From a virus (taxonomy: Duplodnaviria > Caudoviricetes), in the IMG/VR virus record IMGVR_UViG_2883475777_000001: a DNA stretch of 64,000 bases; one strand, given 5' to 3'. Numbering within the stretch: the stretch's first letter is position 1; each line of letters starts with the position of its first letter. The position numbers and the translations under genes were made by a program. Below the pieces are notes generated by a model. That model was given only the letters and a program-made list of their open reading frames with translations. It ran no database searches and had not been told where the DNA came from. Positions 36,544 to 46,293 of this stretch are shown here, piece after piece.

Positions 36544-36577
36544 AACGCCCCACGTTCGCCACGTTGGGGCGTTTTCT
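36544..36577 (+). terminator. Putative intrinsic terminator
   Basis: AACGCCCCA...TGGGGCGTT followed by TTCT, just after the 36521 stop. Confidence 0.5.
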
Positions 36578-36725
36578 CGTTGGCGGCCTCGGTGGCCAAT
36601 ACCAACGGCCCGACGCGACACGGCGCAATCGTCGCGACGAGCCTATTGATGTTTCCGCCCGTTTGTGGCTCCTGTGGTTGGGAGATTGGATGTGCCAGCC
36701 GCTTACAAACCGAAAGGAACGAATC

Positions 36726-36959
36726 ATGAAGACCTACCTTGTCGCCACTCTCGCCCGCTATGTGCTGGTCGAGGCCGACGACGAAACGCAGGCACGCGAA
36801 CTTGGCCGCCCCGCGCTGCACGATCTGTACGCCGACCTGCGCCAGCGATTGGGCAGGGAGGTGCCGATCGAAATCCGCACCGTCCGCGAGGCGACTGAAG
36901 ATGAGATCGAACTTTGGACGTGGCATCATGAAATGCTCGCAAGGGAGAAACAACAATGA
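36726..36959 (+). CDS. Hypothetical protein (77 aa)
   Basis: AAAGGA RBS; coupled to the next gene. Confidence 0.7.
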   Translation: MKTYLVATLARYVLVEADDETQARELGRPALHDLYADLRQRLGREVPIEIRTVREATEDEIELWTWHHEMLAREKQQ

Positions 36960-37186
36960 CCTCGATTCCAAGGGCGGGTGACCGCATCCGACTCATCTCC
37001 ATGCAAGACGACCCCGCCCCGGTCCAGGTGGGACAGGTGGGAACGGTCGTTTCTGTCTCCCGCCACGGCGGTGGGGAAGACGCTTGGCATCAGGTCGACG
37101 TCGCCTGGGATAACGGTCGGACGCTCATGCTTGTCTCCCCACCCGACCGGTTCGCGATCTTGGAATCCCAGACCGACACGCCGTAG
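36956..37186 (+). CDS. DUF4314-like protein
   Basis: GDRIRLISMQDDPAPV..GQVGTV...VAWDNGRTL.L. Confidence 0.75.
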   Translation: MTSIPRAGDRIRLISMQDDPAPVQVGQVGTVVSVSRHGGGEDAWHQVDVAWDNGRTLMLVSPPDRFAILESQTDTP

Positions 37187-37251
37187 CGCTGGCCACGTGC
37201 CCCAACACGCGCCGCCCTCGTGCGGCGTTTTCTCGTGGCTGGTAGTTTCGT

Positions 37252-37617
37252 TCAACCGCCCACCTCCTTCGCGACGTGGGCCAACGTGGGCGACCAGTCG
37301 GGACCGAGATACCGAACGGGCTTGCCCAACTCGATGGCGATTCGGATTTCCGCTTGCACCCCCGCACTCGCCTCCCAACCATCGAGCGTCAGCACGACCA
37401 CTTCGTTGCAACATTCAAGATGGTGCCGGTCGAACGGTTCCCAGAATCGCCAGTCAGTCGGCAGCCCATGCGTGCAGATGCAGTGGCCGTGAGCGATCGG
37501 CGAAAAAACGGCGTGGCCAAGCCGCATTAGCTTCGCCGCCGCGCGGCACGCGTCACGAAAACGCAATTCGCGCACCGCAACATCGGGATGCGAATACGGG
37601 CTGGCCAGGTAGATCAT
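37252..37617 (-). CDS. DUF1937-like (nucleoside deoxyribosyltransferase-fold) protein
   Basis: MIYLASPYSHP...FSPIAHGH...SAGVQAEIRIA. Confidence 0.75.
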   Translation of the reverse strand: MIYLASPYSHPDVAVRELRFRDACRAAAKLMRLGHAVFSPIAHGHCICTHGLPTDWRFWEPFDRHHLECCNEVVVLTLDGWEASAGVQAEIRIAIELGKPVRYLGPDWSPTLAHVAKEVGG

Positions 37618-39011
37618 GCAGAAGCCTCCTGCGCGGGCGCTTCCACACGCTCGGCCTTCTGGCCGGTGAACTTCTCCCACCGCTGCACGATGACGTCGCA
37701 ATACGGCGGGTCGAGTTCCATCAAGAACGCTTTACGCCCTGTTTGTTCGCAGGCGATGAGCGTTGAACCACTGCCGCCGAACAGGTCGAGCACGTTCTCG
37801 CCGGCCAGCGACGAGTACTGCAGCGCCCGCACCGTCAACTCGACGGGCTTCTCGGTCAAGTGAACCATGCTCTGCGGGTTGACCTTCTTCACGGGCCAGA
37901 CGTCGGGCACATTATTCGGACCGAAGAACCGATGCGCCGCGCCTTCGCGCCAGCCGTAGAAACACCACTCGTGGTCGCCCATGAAATCCTTGCGCGTCAG
38001 GACGGGATGCAGCTTGTGCCAGATCACGGCTTGCGAGAAGTACATGCCGCAGGCCTTGAAGACCGGCGGATAGTTGGCGACGTTGGCGTAGCCACCCCAC
38101 ACGTAGAAACCATGTCCCGGCAACAGCACGCGGGCGATGTTACCGAACCAAGCGTGCAGCATTTCATCGAATGCTTCATCGCTCACGAAGTCGTTCGCCA
38201 GTGGACGATCTTTGGCTCGCATCTTTTTCTGCGTCGGCTTCGCCTTTTCGGGATGGCGGGCGAGGTCGAACTTCTGGTGATGCTCGTTGCCAGCCTTCGT
38301 CTTGCCGCGAGCCACGTCGAACGAGGCGTTGCCTTGACCTGCCTTCAGCTTCTTGGCCGCCCCGTCGTTCGAGAAAGAGCTGAGGCCGGCGGCAATCGCG
38401 TTGTTGCTGCGCGGCTCCACTTTGACGTTGTACGGCGGGTCGGTCGAAACCAAGTGGATGCTCGCGCCGTCGAGCAGACGGTCCACATGCTCGGCGTTGC
38501 TGCTGTCGCCACAGAGCAACCGGTGGTCTCCGAGAATCCAAAGGTCGCCCAGCTGCGTGATCGCGTCGTCGGGCGGCTCGGGCACGTCGTCGGGATCGGT
38601 TAGTCCATCCTGAACGCCGGGATCGAGCAGCTTCGCCAACTCTTCCTGGTCGAAGCCGAGCAGGCCCAGGTCGTAATTGCACGACTGCAGCTCGCCGAGT
38701 TCGATGGGCAGCAGATCGTAGTTCCATTCCGCCAGCTCGGCCGTCTTGTTGTCGGCGATGCGGTAGGCCTTGATCTGCTCGGGCGTGAGGTCTTTCGCGG
38801 TGTGGACCGGCACCTTCTCCAGGCCCAGCTTCAGCGCCGCCTTGTATCGGGTGTGACCGCAGATAATCACACCCTCGGTATCAACCACAATTGGCTGGCG
38901 GAAACCGAACTCGCGGATCGAGGCGGCCACCGCATCGACGGCGTCGTCGTTGAGCCGAGGGTTTTTTTCGTAGGGGCGAATGTCCGTGATCGGACGCAAT
39001 GTGACTTGCAT
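37614..39011 (-). CDS. ParB-domain / N4-N6 DNA methyltransferase fusion
   Basis: ParB N-terminus (PYEKNPR, GHTRYKAA); TDPPYNV, TEKPVEL, LDLFGGSGS. Confidence 0.9.
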   Translation of the reverse strand: MQVTLRPITDIRPYEKNPRLNDDAVDAVAASIREFGFRQPIVVDTEGVIICGHTRYKAALKLGLEKVPVHTAKDLTPEQIKAYRIADNKTAELAEWNYDLLPIELGELQSCNYDLGLLGFDQEELAKLLDPGVQDGLTDPDDVPEPPDDAITQLGDLWILGDHRLLCGDSSNAEHVDRLLDGASIHLVSTDPPYNVKVEPRSNNAIAAGLSSFSNDGAAKKLKAGQGNASFDVARGKTKAGNEHHQKFDLARHPEKAKPTQKKMRAKDRPLANDFVSDEAFDEMLHAWFGNIARVLLPGHGFYVWGGYANVANYPPVFKACGMYFSQAVIWHKLHPVLTRKDFMGDHEWCFYGWREGAAHRFFGPNNVPDVWPVKKVNPQSMVHLTEKPVELTVRALQYSSLAGENVLDLFGGSGSTLIACEQTGRKAFLMELDPPYCDVIVQRWEKFTGQKAERVEAPAQEASA

Positions 39012-39026
39012 GGCAACCTCCGTGAA

Positions 39027-39179
39027 TCAGCTGAAGAACAGGATCTTGATCAGGACCGCGAACCAGGCAACGCGCCAAGCGAAGCCTTCCAGCCCTTGGG
39101 CCGTGGGAACAACACGCGACTTCCAGTACTCGTCGCGGTCGGAGCGGCGGGTGGAAGCGGGATCTTGGGTTTGCAGCAT
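39027..39179 (-). CDS. Small ORF (50 aa) with C-terminal hydrophobic helix; absent from track
   Basis: GAGAGGA RBS; MLQTQ...FAWRVAWFAVLIKILFFS. Confidence 0.45.
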   Translation of the reverse strand: MLQTQDPASTRRSDRDEYWKSRVVPTAQGLEGFAWRVAWFAVLIKILFFS

Positions 39180-39233
39180 CGGAATCCTCTCGGTTCAGAT
39201 TTCGGACAAACAAAACAAACTGTGATGCCAATG

Positions 39234-39282
39234 GTGGCTGTTCCCGCGTGCCTCACCTGAGGATTTGGGCCGGGAAGGAACC
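39234..39282 (-). other. Putative packaging (cos-like) signal, prophage copy
   Basis: GGTTCCT...CGCGGGAACAG; between the replication and packaging modules; matches the satellite copy. Confidence 0.55.
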
Positions 39283-39299
39283 ATTGGCCGGCCGGCGGA

Positions 39300-39610
39300 C
39301 TTCCTTACTTCTTTCCCCACCCCCCTCACACACGCACGCCTACACGCGTACGCGCGGGTGTATATGCGTGTATGGGTGAAGGAAGAAAGAAGTAGTGTGA
39401 ATACATATATCTGCGTGACGGGGTGAAAGAAGAAAGAAGCCAAGGACGCCGTGATTCGTGGCGTTTCCGCATCGCTTCCTTCACTTCTTTCACGCCCGAT
39501 TCGCGTGTTGATGACTGGTTCTTGTTTCACCGCTGTTTCTCCGTTTCGTGGCTTCCTTCACCGGCTTGCCGTCTGATCGGGTCGAACATCTTTCACGCTT
39601 CACCACTCGT
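39300..39610. repeat. Iteron-like repeats (GTGAAAGAAGAAAGAAG and inverted CTTC/TTTCAC units); putative origin
   Basis: Direct and inverted purine-rich units right after the primase gene, plus a CA/TG-rich stretch. Confidence 0.55.
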
Positions 39611-41875
39611 TTCACCCAGCAACCGGTAGTGCCGTTGCGGTCGCCCGGCCGTTGCCTGGATGACCGTCAGCAGATCGCCCTGCTGCTCGAGCGTCGTGAC
39701 CAACTCCTGAAACGTCTTGGCGTCGGTCTTCATTCGCTTGAGCAGCACGCTGTGCGCGAGTTGCCCGTCAGGCGCGTCGCGCAGCTTGCGAAGCAGCTTG
39801 AGGCACTCGCCGTGGAACGGGTTCTCGGCCACATGGTTGTGGGCCATGAACAACATCCGCCGCGTCTGGTGCAGCATGAAGTCGGTCGCCCAGCGCACTG
39901 CCGCGACGTCGATTCGCGGCGTCTGGTGGCTGGCGCTCACCGCGTACAACAACGCCAGCTTGCGGATCTGCTCGGGCACCCGGCCCCAGACGGTGGTGCC
40001 GACCGGATCGCCACGGGCTTCCGCGCTGGCGTACTCGGCCTCCGACGTGAGACGTGCCTCGGCCAGCAGGTCGCGGGCGTCGTCGTCCGCTTCGACGATC
40101 AACGGCTGAGGATGCCAATTTTCGAGGTTGCCGGTGCCTGGGCTGAATTCCGACCACCAGCGGGCGGCGTCCATGACGCTCGCCGGCGGGTCAATGATCC
40201 CCGGTTCCTGGCCGGCGCTGCGCGGCCCGCTCTCGACGATCAGCATGCGAGCGAAGAAGCCGTTGGTGAGCATCCGCTCGGAGAGAGCCTCGTAATAGTG
40301 CGTGGGGATGGCCGTGCCGTAGACGACCAGACACGGTTGGTCGATAACGCCTGGCGGCTCCTTGCCCGCCTTGCGCCGCATGGGATAGATGCTGTTGGCC
40401 GCCGAGTACATCGTGAGCAGCGTGCCCATAATGTTCTCGTGCCTCGCGTCGCGGGCCTTGTTGATTGACTGCAGCAGGCCGTCGATCTCGTCAGTCTGGA
40501 ATAGCATCGCCGGCGTCAGAAACAGCGAATCCTGAATCCCTTCGCCGGACGCAAACTTTTCGCCGAGCGAATTCACCAGCCCCACGCGATGCATGACATG
40601 CGTGTTGACCTTGCGTGGCCAGTCCTTGCCGACCGACGAGTAGGCCAGCGCCAGCAGATACAGGTTTGTCCGGTTGTCGGCTCGGTCTCGCACCTTGCGG
40701 CCAGCGAGGACCGACTGAAGCGCAAGTGCGCCGCAGAACGCCAGCGACACGTTCGGATAGGGCGCGGTGGCCAGGCAATGGTCCATCACCTCGGAGACGA
40801 AACCAGGGACGCGCAGTAGCGTGTCCGGCAGCGGCCCAGGATCGGGGTATGCCGGCCGCGCCGGCGTCAGACACGCGCGCCCGTTGCACGCGAGGTTTGA
40901 CAAGTCGACATCGACGTCGCCTGCGGGTTGACCATAGCCTTCGGCTCGCAGCGCCGTGGCGGCCGCCGCGAAGTCACCATCGTGATTGAGCAAGGCGTAG
41001 ACGGTGAAGGGAGCGTAGGCGCGATCGGGTTCGAAGGGTGCGGCGTTGGATGAGAACACGTAGAGCACGCCTTCGCGGAGCGTGGCGCTCCATCCCTGCT
41101 CCTTTCCGGGGCGACGCCAATACTCGTTCTCGCCCCCACGAACCAAGTCCCAGCCGTGCCGGCGCAGAACATCGCGCACTTCGCCACGCTCGTTGAAATC
41201 GTCTCCAGGCCGGCCTTCCCCGAGCAAACCCGCCGGCGCGCGGGCGACCGGCGGCATCGTCTCGTTTAGCGCGCACGCGGCTTCGATCAACACCGATCGT
41301 TCCGCCTCGTTCAGAACGGGCAGCGTGTTCAGCGACCCCTGTTCGATTTGGTAGTCCGGCGTCGGGTCGCATAGAAAGAGGCCGCCCTCGCCGCGCGTCT
41401 CGATCAGCGTGCAGGTGATTTGAAACTGGTCGCCAACACGACGCGGCACGTATCGTTTGCCAGCGATGACGACCGGCTCGTTGCTGGGCGTCACCACGGT
41501 CCGCTGGGCCAGCTTGCGGTTGCCGGGAATGGGGCACTCGCAGCGATAGATCACATGCTGGCCGCCCGACTGCGACCGTTCGACGACGAGGCGTCCCGCC
41601 AGCGCCGGCATTTCGGTTGCTACCAGCTCTCGCCAACAGTCGAACAATTCTCCTTCGTGATCAAAGTCGATCATCTCCAAGTGGCCCGATACCTCGCCTG
41701 CCAGGACGCAGATGGCCGGCGCATCGGCAAACCACGACTCCACCTGCCGCTCCGTTGGCAGGCGACGCTGGTATTGCTTCCAGCCGGCCAGCGCCGGCCG
41801 CTTCTCTGCGGAGATCGCGGGCAGCACGGACAGGCCGGAGCGGAGGTAGTCAAGCGCGGTATCGAGCATGCTCAA
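39593..41875 (-). CDS. Bifunctional primase-polymerase with DUF3987-like helicase region
   Basis: YLRSGLSVLP...EKRPALAGWK, MIDFDHEG, SQSGGQHVIY, SSVGKD. Confidence 0.85.
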   Translation of the reverse strand: MSMLDTALDYLRSGLSVLPAISAEKRPALAGWKQYQRRLPTERQVESWFADAPAICVLAGEVSGHLEMIDFDHEGELFDCWRELVATEMPALAGRLVVERSQSGGQHVIYRCECPIPGNRKLAQRTVVTPSNEPVVIAGKRYVPRRVGDQFQITCTLIETRGEGGLFLCDPTPDYQIEQGSLNTLPVLNEAERSVLIEAACALNETMPPVARAPAGLLGEGRPGDDFNERGEVRDVLRRHGWDLVRGGENEYWRRPGKEQGWSATLREGVLYVFSSNAAPFEPDRAYAPFTVYALLNHDGDFAAAATALRAEGYGQPAGDVDVDLSNLACNGRACLTPARPAYPDPGPLPDTLLRVPGFVSEVMDHCLATAPYPNVSLAFCGALALQSVLAGRKVRDRADNRTNLYLLALAYSSVGKDWPRKVNTHVMHRVGLVNSLGEKFASGEGIQDSLFLTPAMLFQTDEIDGLLQSINKARDARHENIMGTLLTMYSAANSIYPMRRKAGKEPPGVIDQPCLVVYGTAIPTHYYEALSERMLTNGFFARMLIVESGPRSAGQEPGIIDPPASVMDAARWWSEFSPGTGNLENWHPQPLIVEADDDARDLLAEARLTSEAEYASAEARGDPVGTTVWGRVPEQIRKLALLYAVSASHQTPRIDVAAVRWATDFMLHQTRRMLFMAHNHVAENPFHGECLKLLRKLRDAPDGQLAHSVLLKRMKTDAKTFQELVTTLEQQGDLLTVIQATAGRPQRHYRLLGETSGEA

Positions 41876-43533
41876 AAGGGAATCTCGTCGGGATCGTAGT
41901 CGGGGAATTCGCCGGCAGGCAGCGCGTCCGGCAACGGGCCAAGTTCATGGTCGATGATGCGTTCGTAGGGATCACCAGCGACGGCGCGGACAGTGATGCC
42001 AAGCGTCGCAGCCAGACCGCCGCCTTCAATGATCTCGACGGCACGTTGCGCCGAGTCTGGCACCAGATCGGGCGAGCGTTGTCGCCACCACGCCACCGCC
42101 TTCTGGCGGGCATAACCTTCGTGCTCGAAGCAGACCCATTCGGATTTGTAGTCGTGCCAGCCGACGCGGTAATCAACGCGGAGAGTCTTTGGATCGTCGT
42201 CGCTCGCGCCGCGCTTCGTATGAACGCTGTACACCACATCCTCGACGGGGAACTTCGTCGTGGTGACCTGGCCAGAAAGGATGCCGGCCTCACTGGCTTT
42301 GGCATCGTGCTGCTTTCGCTCGGGTGGTGGAAACTCGTATCCGCACTGTGGGCAAATGGCGAAGCCGGCGGCGATCACCGCCTGACAATCGGGGCATTCC
42401 TTCGCCGGCGTTTTCCCGTCGCCTCGATCCATCGTCGTGATTTGAATCTCATCGACGGGGCCATGCCGCAGCACGTTGCCGCCGAAGTCCAGCACCAGGC
42501 AGTTCTCTTTGCTGGGGTGCAGGCGGAAGCCACGACCGACCATTTGGTAATAGAGTCCCGGTGACATCGTTGGTCGGACTAGCGCCACGCAGTCGATGTG
42601 CGGCGCGTCGAAACCGGTCGTCAACACGTTGACGTTGCACAGGTATTTCAACTCGCCGGCCTTGAAGCGGCCGAGTATTGCATCGCGTTCGGCGGTCGGA
42701 GTTTCGCCGCAGACGAAACCGCACTGGATGCCGTGCTCGCGATCGAGCGTCTCGACGATATGCTGTCCGTGTTTGACGCCCGAAGCGAAGATGAGGGTGG
42801 CCTGGCGGCTGGTGGTGTGCTGAACAATCTCCGCGCACGCCGACTTCACCAGCGTCTCTTGGTCCATCAAGTCTTCGACCTCGTCGGCCACGAACTCACC
42901 GCCGCGCACATGCAGCGCCGTGGTGTCGGCCTTCGCCTTGCCGGCCTTACTGATCAGCGGGCACAAGAACCCGTCGCGGATTAACTCGCGGACGCCGACG
43001 TCGTAGCAGATATGGTTCAAGAACCCGTCGGGCGTGCAGATGGGCCCGGTCTTCAAACGGAACGGGGTGGCAGTGAATCCGATGATTCGCAGCTCGGGAT
43101 TGATCACCTTGGCGTCGGCCAGAAACTGCCGATACATGCCGTCGCCTTCGAGCGGAATCAGATGCGCTTCGTCGACCATCACAAGATTGAAGGCGTCGAG
43201 TTCGCAGGCCCGCTTGTAGACGCTCTGAATGCCGGCCACGATCACCGGGTGTTCGGTGTCGCGCCGCTTGAGGCCCGCCGAGTAAATTCCGAAGTCGATC
43301 TCGGGGCAGACGATTCGCAGCTTGTCGGCCGTCTGCTCGAGCAGTTCCTTGACGTGCGCCAGAATCAGCACGCGGCCGTTCCATTGCCCGACCGCGTCCT
43401 TGCAGATGCTTGCCATGATGGGCGTCTTGCCGCCGGCGGTCGGCACCACGGCGCAGGGATTGTCGTCCCGCGCCCGCAGGTGACCATAGACGGCAGCCTT
43501 GACTTCTTCTTGATACGGGCGAAGCGTGATCAT
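41872..43533 (-). CDS. SF2 DEAD/DEAH helicase
   Basis: LRPYQ, PTAGGKT, VDEAH, FTATP, QMVGRGFR, CPDC...CPQC. Confidence 0.92.
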   Translation of the reverse strand: MITLRPYQEEVKAAVYGHLRARDDNPCAVVPTAGGKTPIMASICKDAVGQWNGRVLILAHVKELLEQTADKLRIVCPEIDFGIYSAGLKRRDTEHPVIVAGIQSVYKRACELDAFNLVMVDEAHLIPLEGDGMYRQFLADAKVINPELRIIGFTATPFRLKTGPICTPDGFLNHICYDVGVRELIRDGFLCPLISKAGKAKADTTALHVRGGEFVADEVEDLMDQETLVKSACAEIVQHTTSRQATLIFASGVKHGQHIVETLDREHGIQCGFVCGETPTAERDAILGRFKAGELKYLCNVNVLTTGFDAPHIDCVALVRPTMSPGLYYQMVGRGFRLHPSKENCLVLDFGGNVLRHGPVDEIQITTMDRGDGKTPAKECPDCQAVIAAGFAICPQCGYEFPPPERKQHDAKASEAGILSGQVTTTKFPVEDVVYSVHTKRGASDDDPKTLRVDYRVGWHDYKSEWVCFEHEGYARQKAVAWWRQRSPDLVPDSAQRAVEIIEGGGLAATLGITVRAVAGDPYERIIDHELGPLPDALPAGEFPDYDPDEIPF

Positions 43534-43884
43534 CTACTCGGACACCTCGTTGATTTGCACAAGCGTTTTGCCGCCATCGAGCGGCTCGCCCTTTTCGATG
43601 GCGAGCCGAATGATCTGGCTGTCGTCGTCATACGCGCCGCCATGCTGAAGGGCGTCGAGCAACGCTTTCTGCACGTTGTCGATATCGCGACGGCGGCGGT
43701 CAGGCGGATGGACGACGATCGACATCTCCAACGGACCCGCAAGCGGCCGCACCCCGCGGGCCGCGAGGATCGCGCAAACCTCATGGCGGAATGCTCGACC
43801 CCCGCGGCTGATGAGCGTCCGTGCTCCTACGCGCCGCCAATAGTGATTCACACTTGGCGGATAGGGCAGTTCGAACTCGACCAT
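43534..43884 (-). CDS. rusA: RusA-family Holliday junction resolvase
   Basis: LPYPPSVNHYWR, RDIDNVQKALLDAL, DDSQI; true start at 43884. Confidence 0.88.
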   Translation of the reverse strand: MVEFELPYPPSVNHYWRRVGARTLISRGGRAFRHEVCAILAARGVRPLAGPLEMSIVVHPPDRRRRDIDNVQKALLDALQHGGAYDDDSQIIRLAIEKGEPLDGGKTLVQINEVSE

Positions 43885-44348
43885 CAGGAACGCTTCCAAG
43901 GAGGCGTACTGTCGGTCGCAGCCGCAGCGCCGGCGGCGGGCAGCGGCGTCTGATCCTTCTTCGCGTACCCCTTGATCTCGTTGACGATCTCGCCCGTGTC
44001 CGTGCGCTTTTTGCAGCGGACATGGATGACCAGCGGCAAGTTGTGCAACTCGGCCGAGTCCTTCGGGGCCAGCACACCGACCGCCCGACAAATTGCGGAC
44101 AAGTCCGCGCGTGCGATTTGCACAGCAACCGCATTCGGGTGGTCGAGGTTCAGACGCGCCCACAGCAGGCGGTTCTGATGCTCGCCTTCGATGACTTGAA
44201 AGGTCATCTGTAGCAGGCTTCCCGTGCCCGCCTTGTTGGCCTTCATCTCGCTCTCGGTGATGACCGCGAGATATTTGCCGGCGGGAATGGGCTCGAAGTC
44301 GCCGGTCGGTTCGACTTGGTTGGCATCAAAGCCATTGAGATCAGCCAT
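43884..44348 (-). CDS. DUF669-family (putative ssDNA-binding) protein
   Basis: FEPIPAGKYLAVI, FQVIEGEHQNRLLW, NEIKGY. Confidence 0.8.
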   Translation of the reverse strand: MADLNGFDANQVEPTGDFEPIPAGKYLAVITESEMKANKAGTGSLLQMTFQVIEGEHQNRLLWARLNLDHPNAVAVQIARADLSAICRAVGVLAPKDSAELHNLPLVIHVRCKKRTDTGEIVNEIKGYAKKDQTPLPAAGAAAATDSTPPWKRS

Positions 44349-45129
44349 TGGTATTGGCTCCTTCTGGTTGTTGGTTGTTGGTCAACGATTGGATGAACGC
44401 CGCCCACGAGAGCGGCAACTCGTCCGTGATTCCGTAGCGGTTCTTGGCCACGCACGACGGCCCACCGACGCACCGCAGGATCCGTTCGCCGCCGTCCTTG
44501 CCGATCGCGTGCGCGATGGTGCGTTTGCGGTTGAAGCCGGCGTCTTCCGACTGAGTGCGGATGCGGCGAGTAGCGAATAGCACCGCATCGCACCACTCGC
44601 TGACGAGCGCGGCGGCATGCTTATGCAGGCGGGGTGCGAAGCGGTCGTAGGGCGACGACTCGGGGTCCTCGAACCGTTCGACTTTGGAGTGGGCGATCCG
44701 CAGCACGACCATGCCGCGCCCATTGCGGAGCACGTTCAAGTGGTCGACGATTTCGCGCCAATACGTCAGCGCGTGGGTGTAGCCCTTGGCGTAACCGCCA
44801 TCGACCTTCTCAATTGAGTTGACGCCGTTCTCCAGGCAGAGCTTGTCCCACGCCAGACGTTCCAGCCAATCGAGCGAGTCGATCACGACCGTCTCGTAGC
44901 TGTGTTCCTCGCGGCGAAGTTCGACGAGCGCTTCGGCCACGTCCTCGTAGGTCGTGGCCAGCGGAAACTTGTCGCAGTCAATTTCGTCGAGGCCATCCTC
45001 AGTTTGAATGAAGATCGGGTTGGGGGCTTGCGCGCCGAACGTGCTCTTGCCGATCCCTTCGACGCCGTACAACAGAATGCGGGGCGGCTTGGCAATCCGC
45101 CCTCGCTGGACCTTGTCCATCAAACTCAT
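44341..45129 (-). CDS. AAA_24 phage ATP-binding (Sak4-like) protein
   Basis: LYGVEGIGKST, VVIDSLDWLE, AKNR. Confidence 0.85.
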   Translation of the reverse strand: MSLMDKVQRGRIAKPPRILLYGVEGIGKSTFGAQAPNPIFIQTEDGLDEIDCDKFPLATTYEDVAEALVELRREEHSYETVVIDSLDWLERLAWDKLCLENGVNSIEKVDGGYAKGYTHALTYWREIVDHLNVLRNGRGMVVLRIAHSKVERFEDPESSPYDRFAPRLHKHAAALVSEWCDAVLFATRRIRTQSEDAGFNRKRTIAHAIGKDGGERILRCVGGPSCVAKNRYGITDELPLSWAAFIQSLTNNQQPEGANTNG

Positions 45130-45428
45130 GCCGCCGCCTCCTGGGGCTGGTGCTCGTGATTTGCGATGCGTTCAACAGTGAAGGCATCCGGCCCGAACTC
45201 TCGTCCCATGAAGCCGGTGAACAAGCGATTGAGATCTCGACCGACGGGCGTGCCCGCGTCGACAACGCAGGCACGCTTCGTCGGATCGAGGTAATGAGCC
45301 GCATCGAGACGCGTTTGGGCTTCGCCATGCAGGCTTTCCGTCGCCATGACGGCCAGCAGCAGCGACGCTTCGACCTCCTCGATGGGCACGTCTTCTTCAA
45401 ACGTGTAGCGATACAATTCCTGGGTCAT
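45126..45428 (-). CDS. Hypothetical protein (100 aa)
   Basis: Coupled to the AAA_24 gene. Confidence 0.7.
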   Translation of the reverse strand: MTQELYRYTFEEDVPIEEVEASLLLAVMATESLHGEAQTRLDAAHYLDPTKRACVVDAGTPVGRDLNRLFTGFMGREFGPDAFTVERIANHEHQPQEAAA

Positions 45429-45497
45429 GACTTATCCCTCGTGTCGGAAACCGGGCCTCTATCTGTTGACCTACCCGGTTCCGACGCGAGATGACGA

Positions 45498-46088
45498 CTA
45501 CGACTCCAAGTAGTCCCGCATGCCGGCCTTTTCAAAGCGCTGCCGGATACGACGCATCCAGTCATTGAGCGTCGTGCGGGGGACGCCCATCTCGTCAGCA
45601 ATCGCTTGCATGGTCAGCGTCTTGCGCAGCTCCAGCAGCGTCTGCCACGAGTCAGGCAGCGTGGACATCACATCCGCCACATCGACCGCCAACTGCACGA
45701 GCTCATCTTCACCGCGCCGGTGCCGACCAAGACGGGCGTCGTGCTCACGCTCACCGATGGTCTGAGCCAACTCGGTCGGCCCCTCCTCGGTGATCTCGAT
45801 CATCACGTTCAGGGAGATGCGCCCCTGGTGATCGCGCTTCGCCGCCCGCTTGTTACGCAGGATGTTCGCGACATAGCGTTCCACGACCGTGGTGATGAAC
45901 TTGTTGCGATGAGCCTGGTCGGGATCGAATTTCGGCAGGCTCTGCAGGACACGGACGAAGAGGTCCTGCTCAAGATCTTCGCGGTCCTGCTGGGTGAATC
46001 CGGCGCGGCCCATCAATTGCTTGACCTTGCGCCGGATGATGCCTCGAGTAAAACGATCGTCACTGGGATTGAATTCGGCTTTCGCCAT
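45498..46088 (-). CDS. ECF-like sigma factor (prophage)
   Basis: REDLEQDLFVRVL..LPKFDP; C-terminal TMQAIADEMGVPRTTL HTH. Confidence 0.8.
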   Translation of the reverse strand: MAKAEFNPSDDRFTRGIIRRKVKQLMGRAGFTQQDREDLEQDLFVRVLQSLPKFDPDQAHRNKFITTVVERYVANILRNKRAAKRDHQGRISLNVMIEITEEGPTELAQTIGEREHDARLGRHRRGEDELVQLAVDVADVMSTLPDSWQTLLELRKTLTMQAIADEMGVPRTTLNDWMRRIRQRFEKAGMRDYLES

Positions 46089-46293
46089 TTGAAATTCTCC
46101 TCGCCGGCGAGGAGCGGTTGGCGTGGGCCAACGACGAATGGCGAAGGGAATGCAGGCCAACGAAAAAGCGGAGGCGATGCGAGTCGAGCCATGATCGGCG
46201 TCGCCCACAGTCGCCTCCGCTTTGCGGCCGGCAAAATGTCAGGTAACAGAAATGAAAAAGAAACGTCACGAAGCGGGTGCCTAACCCCAGTGA

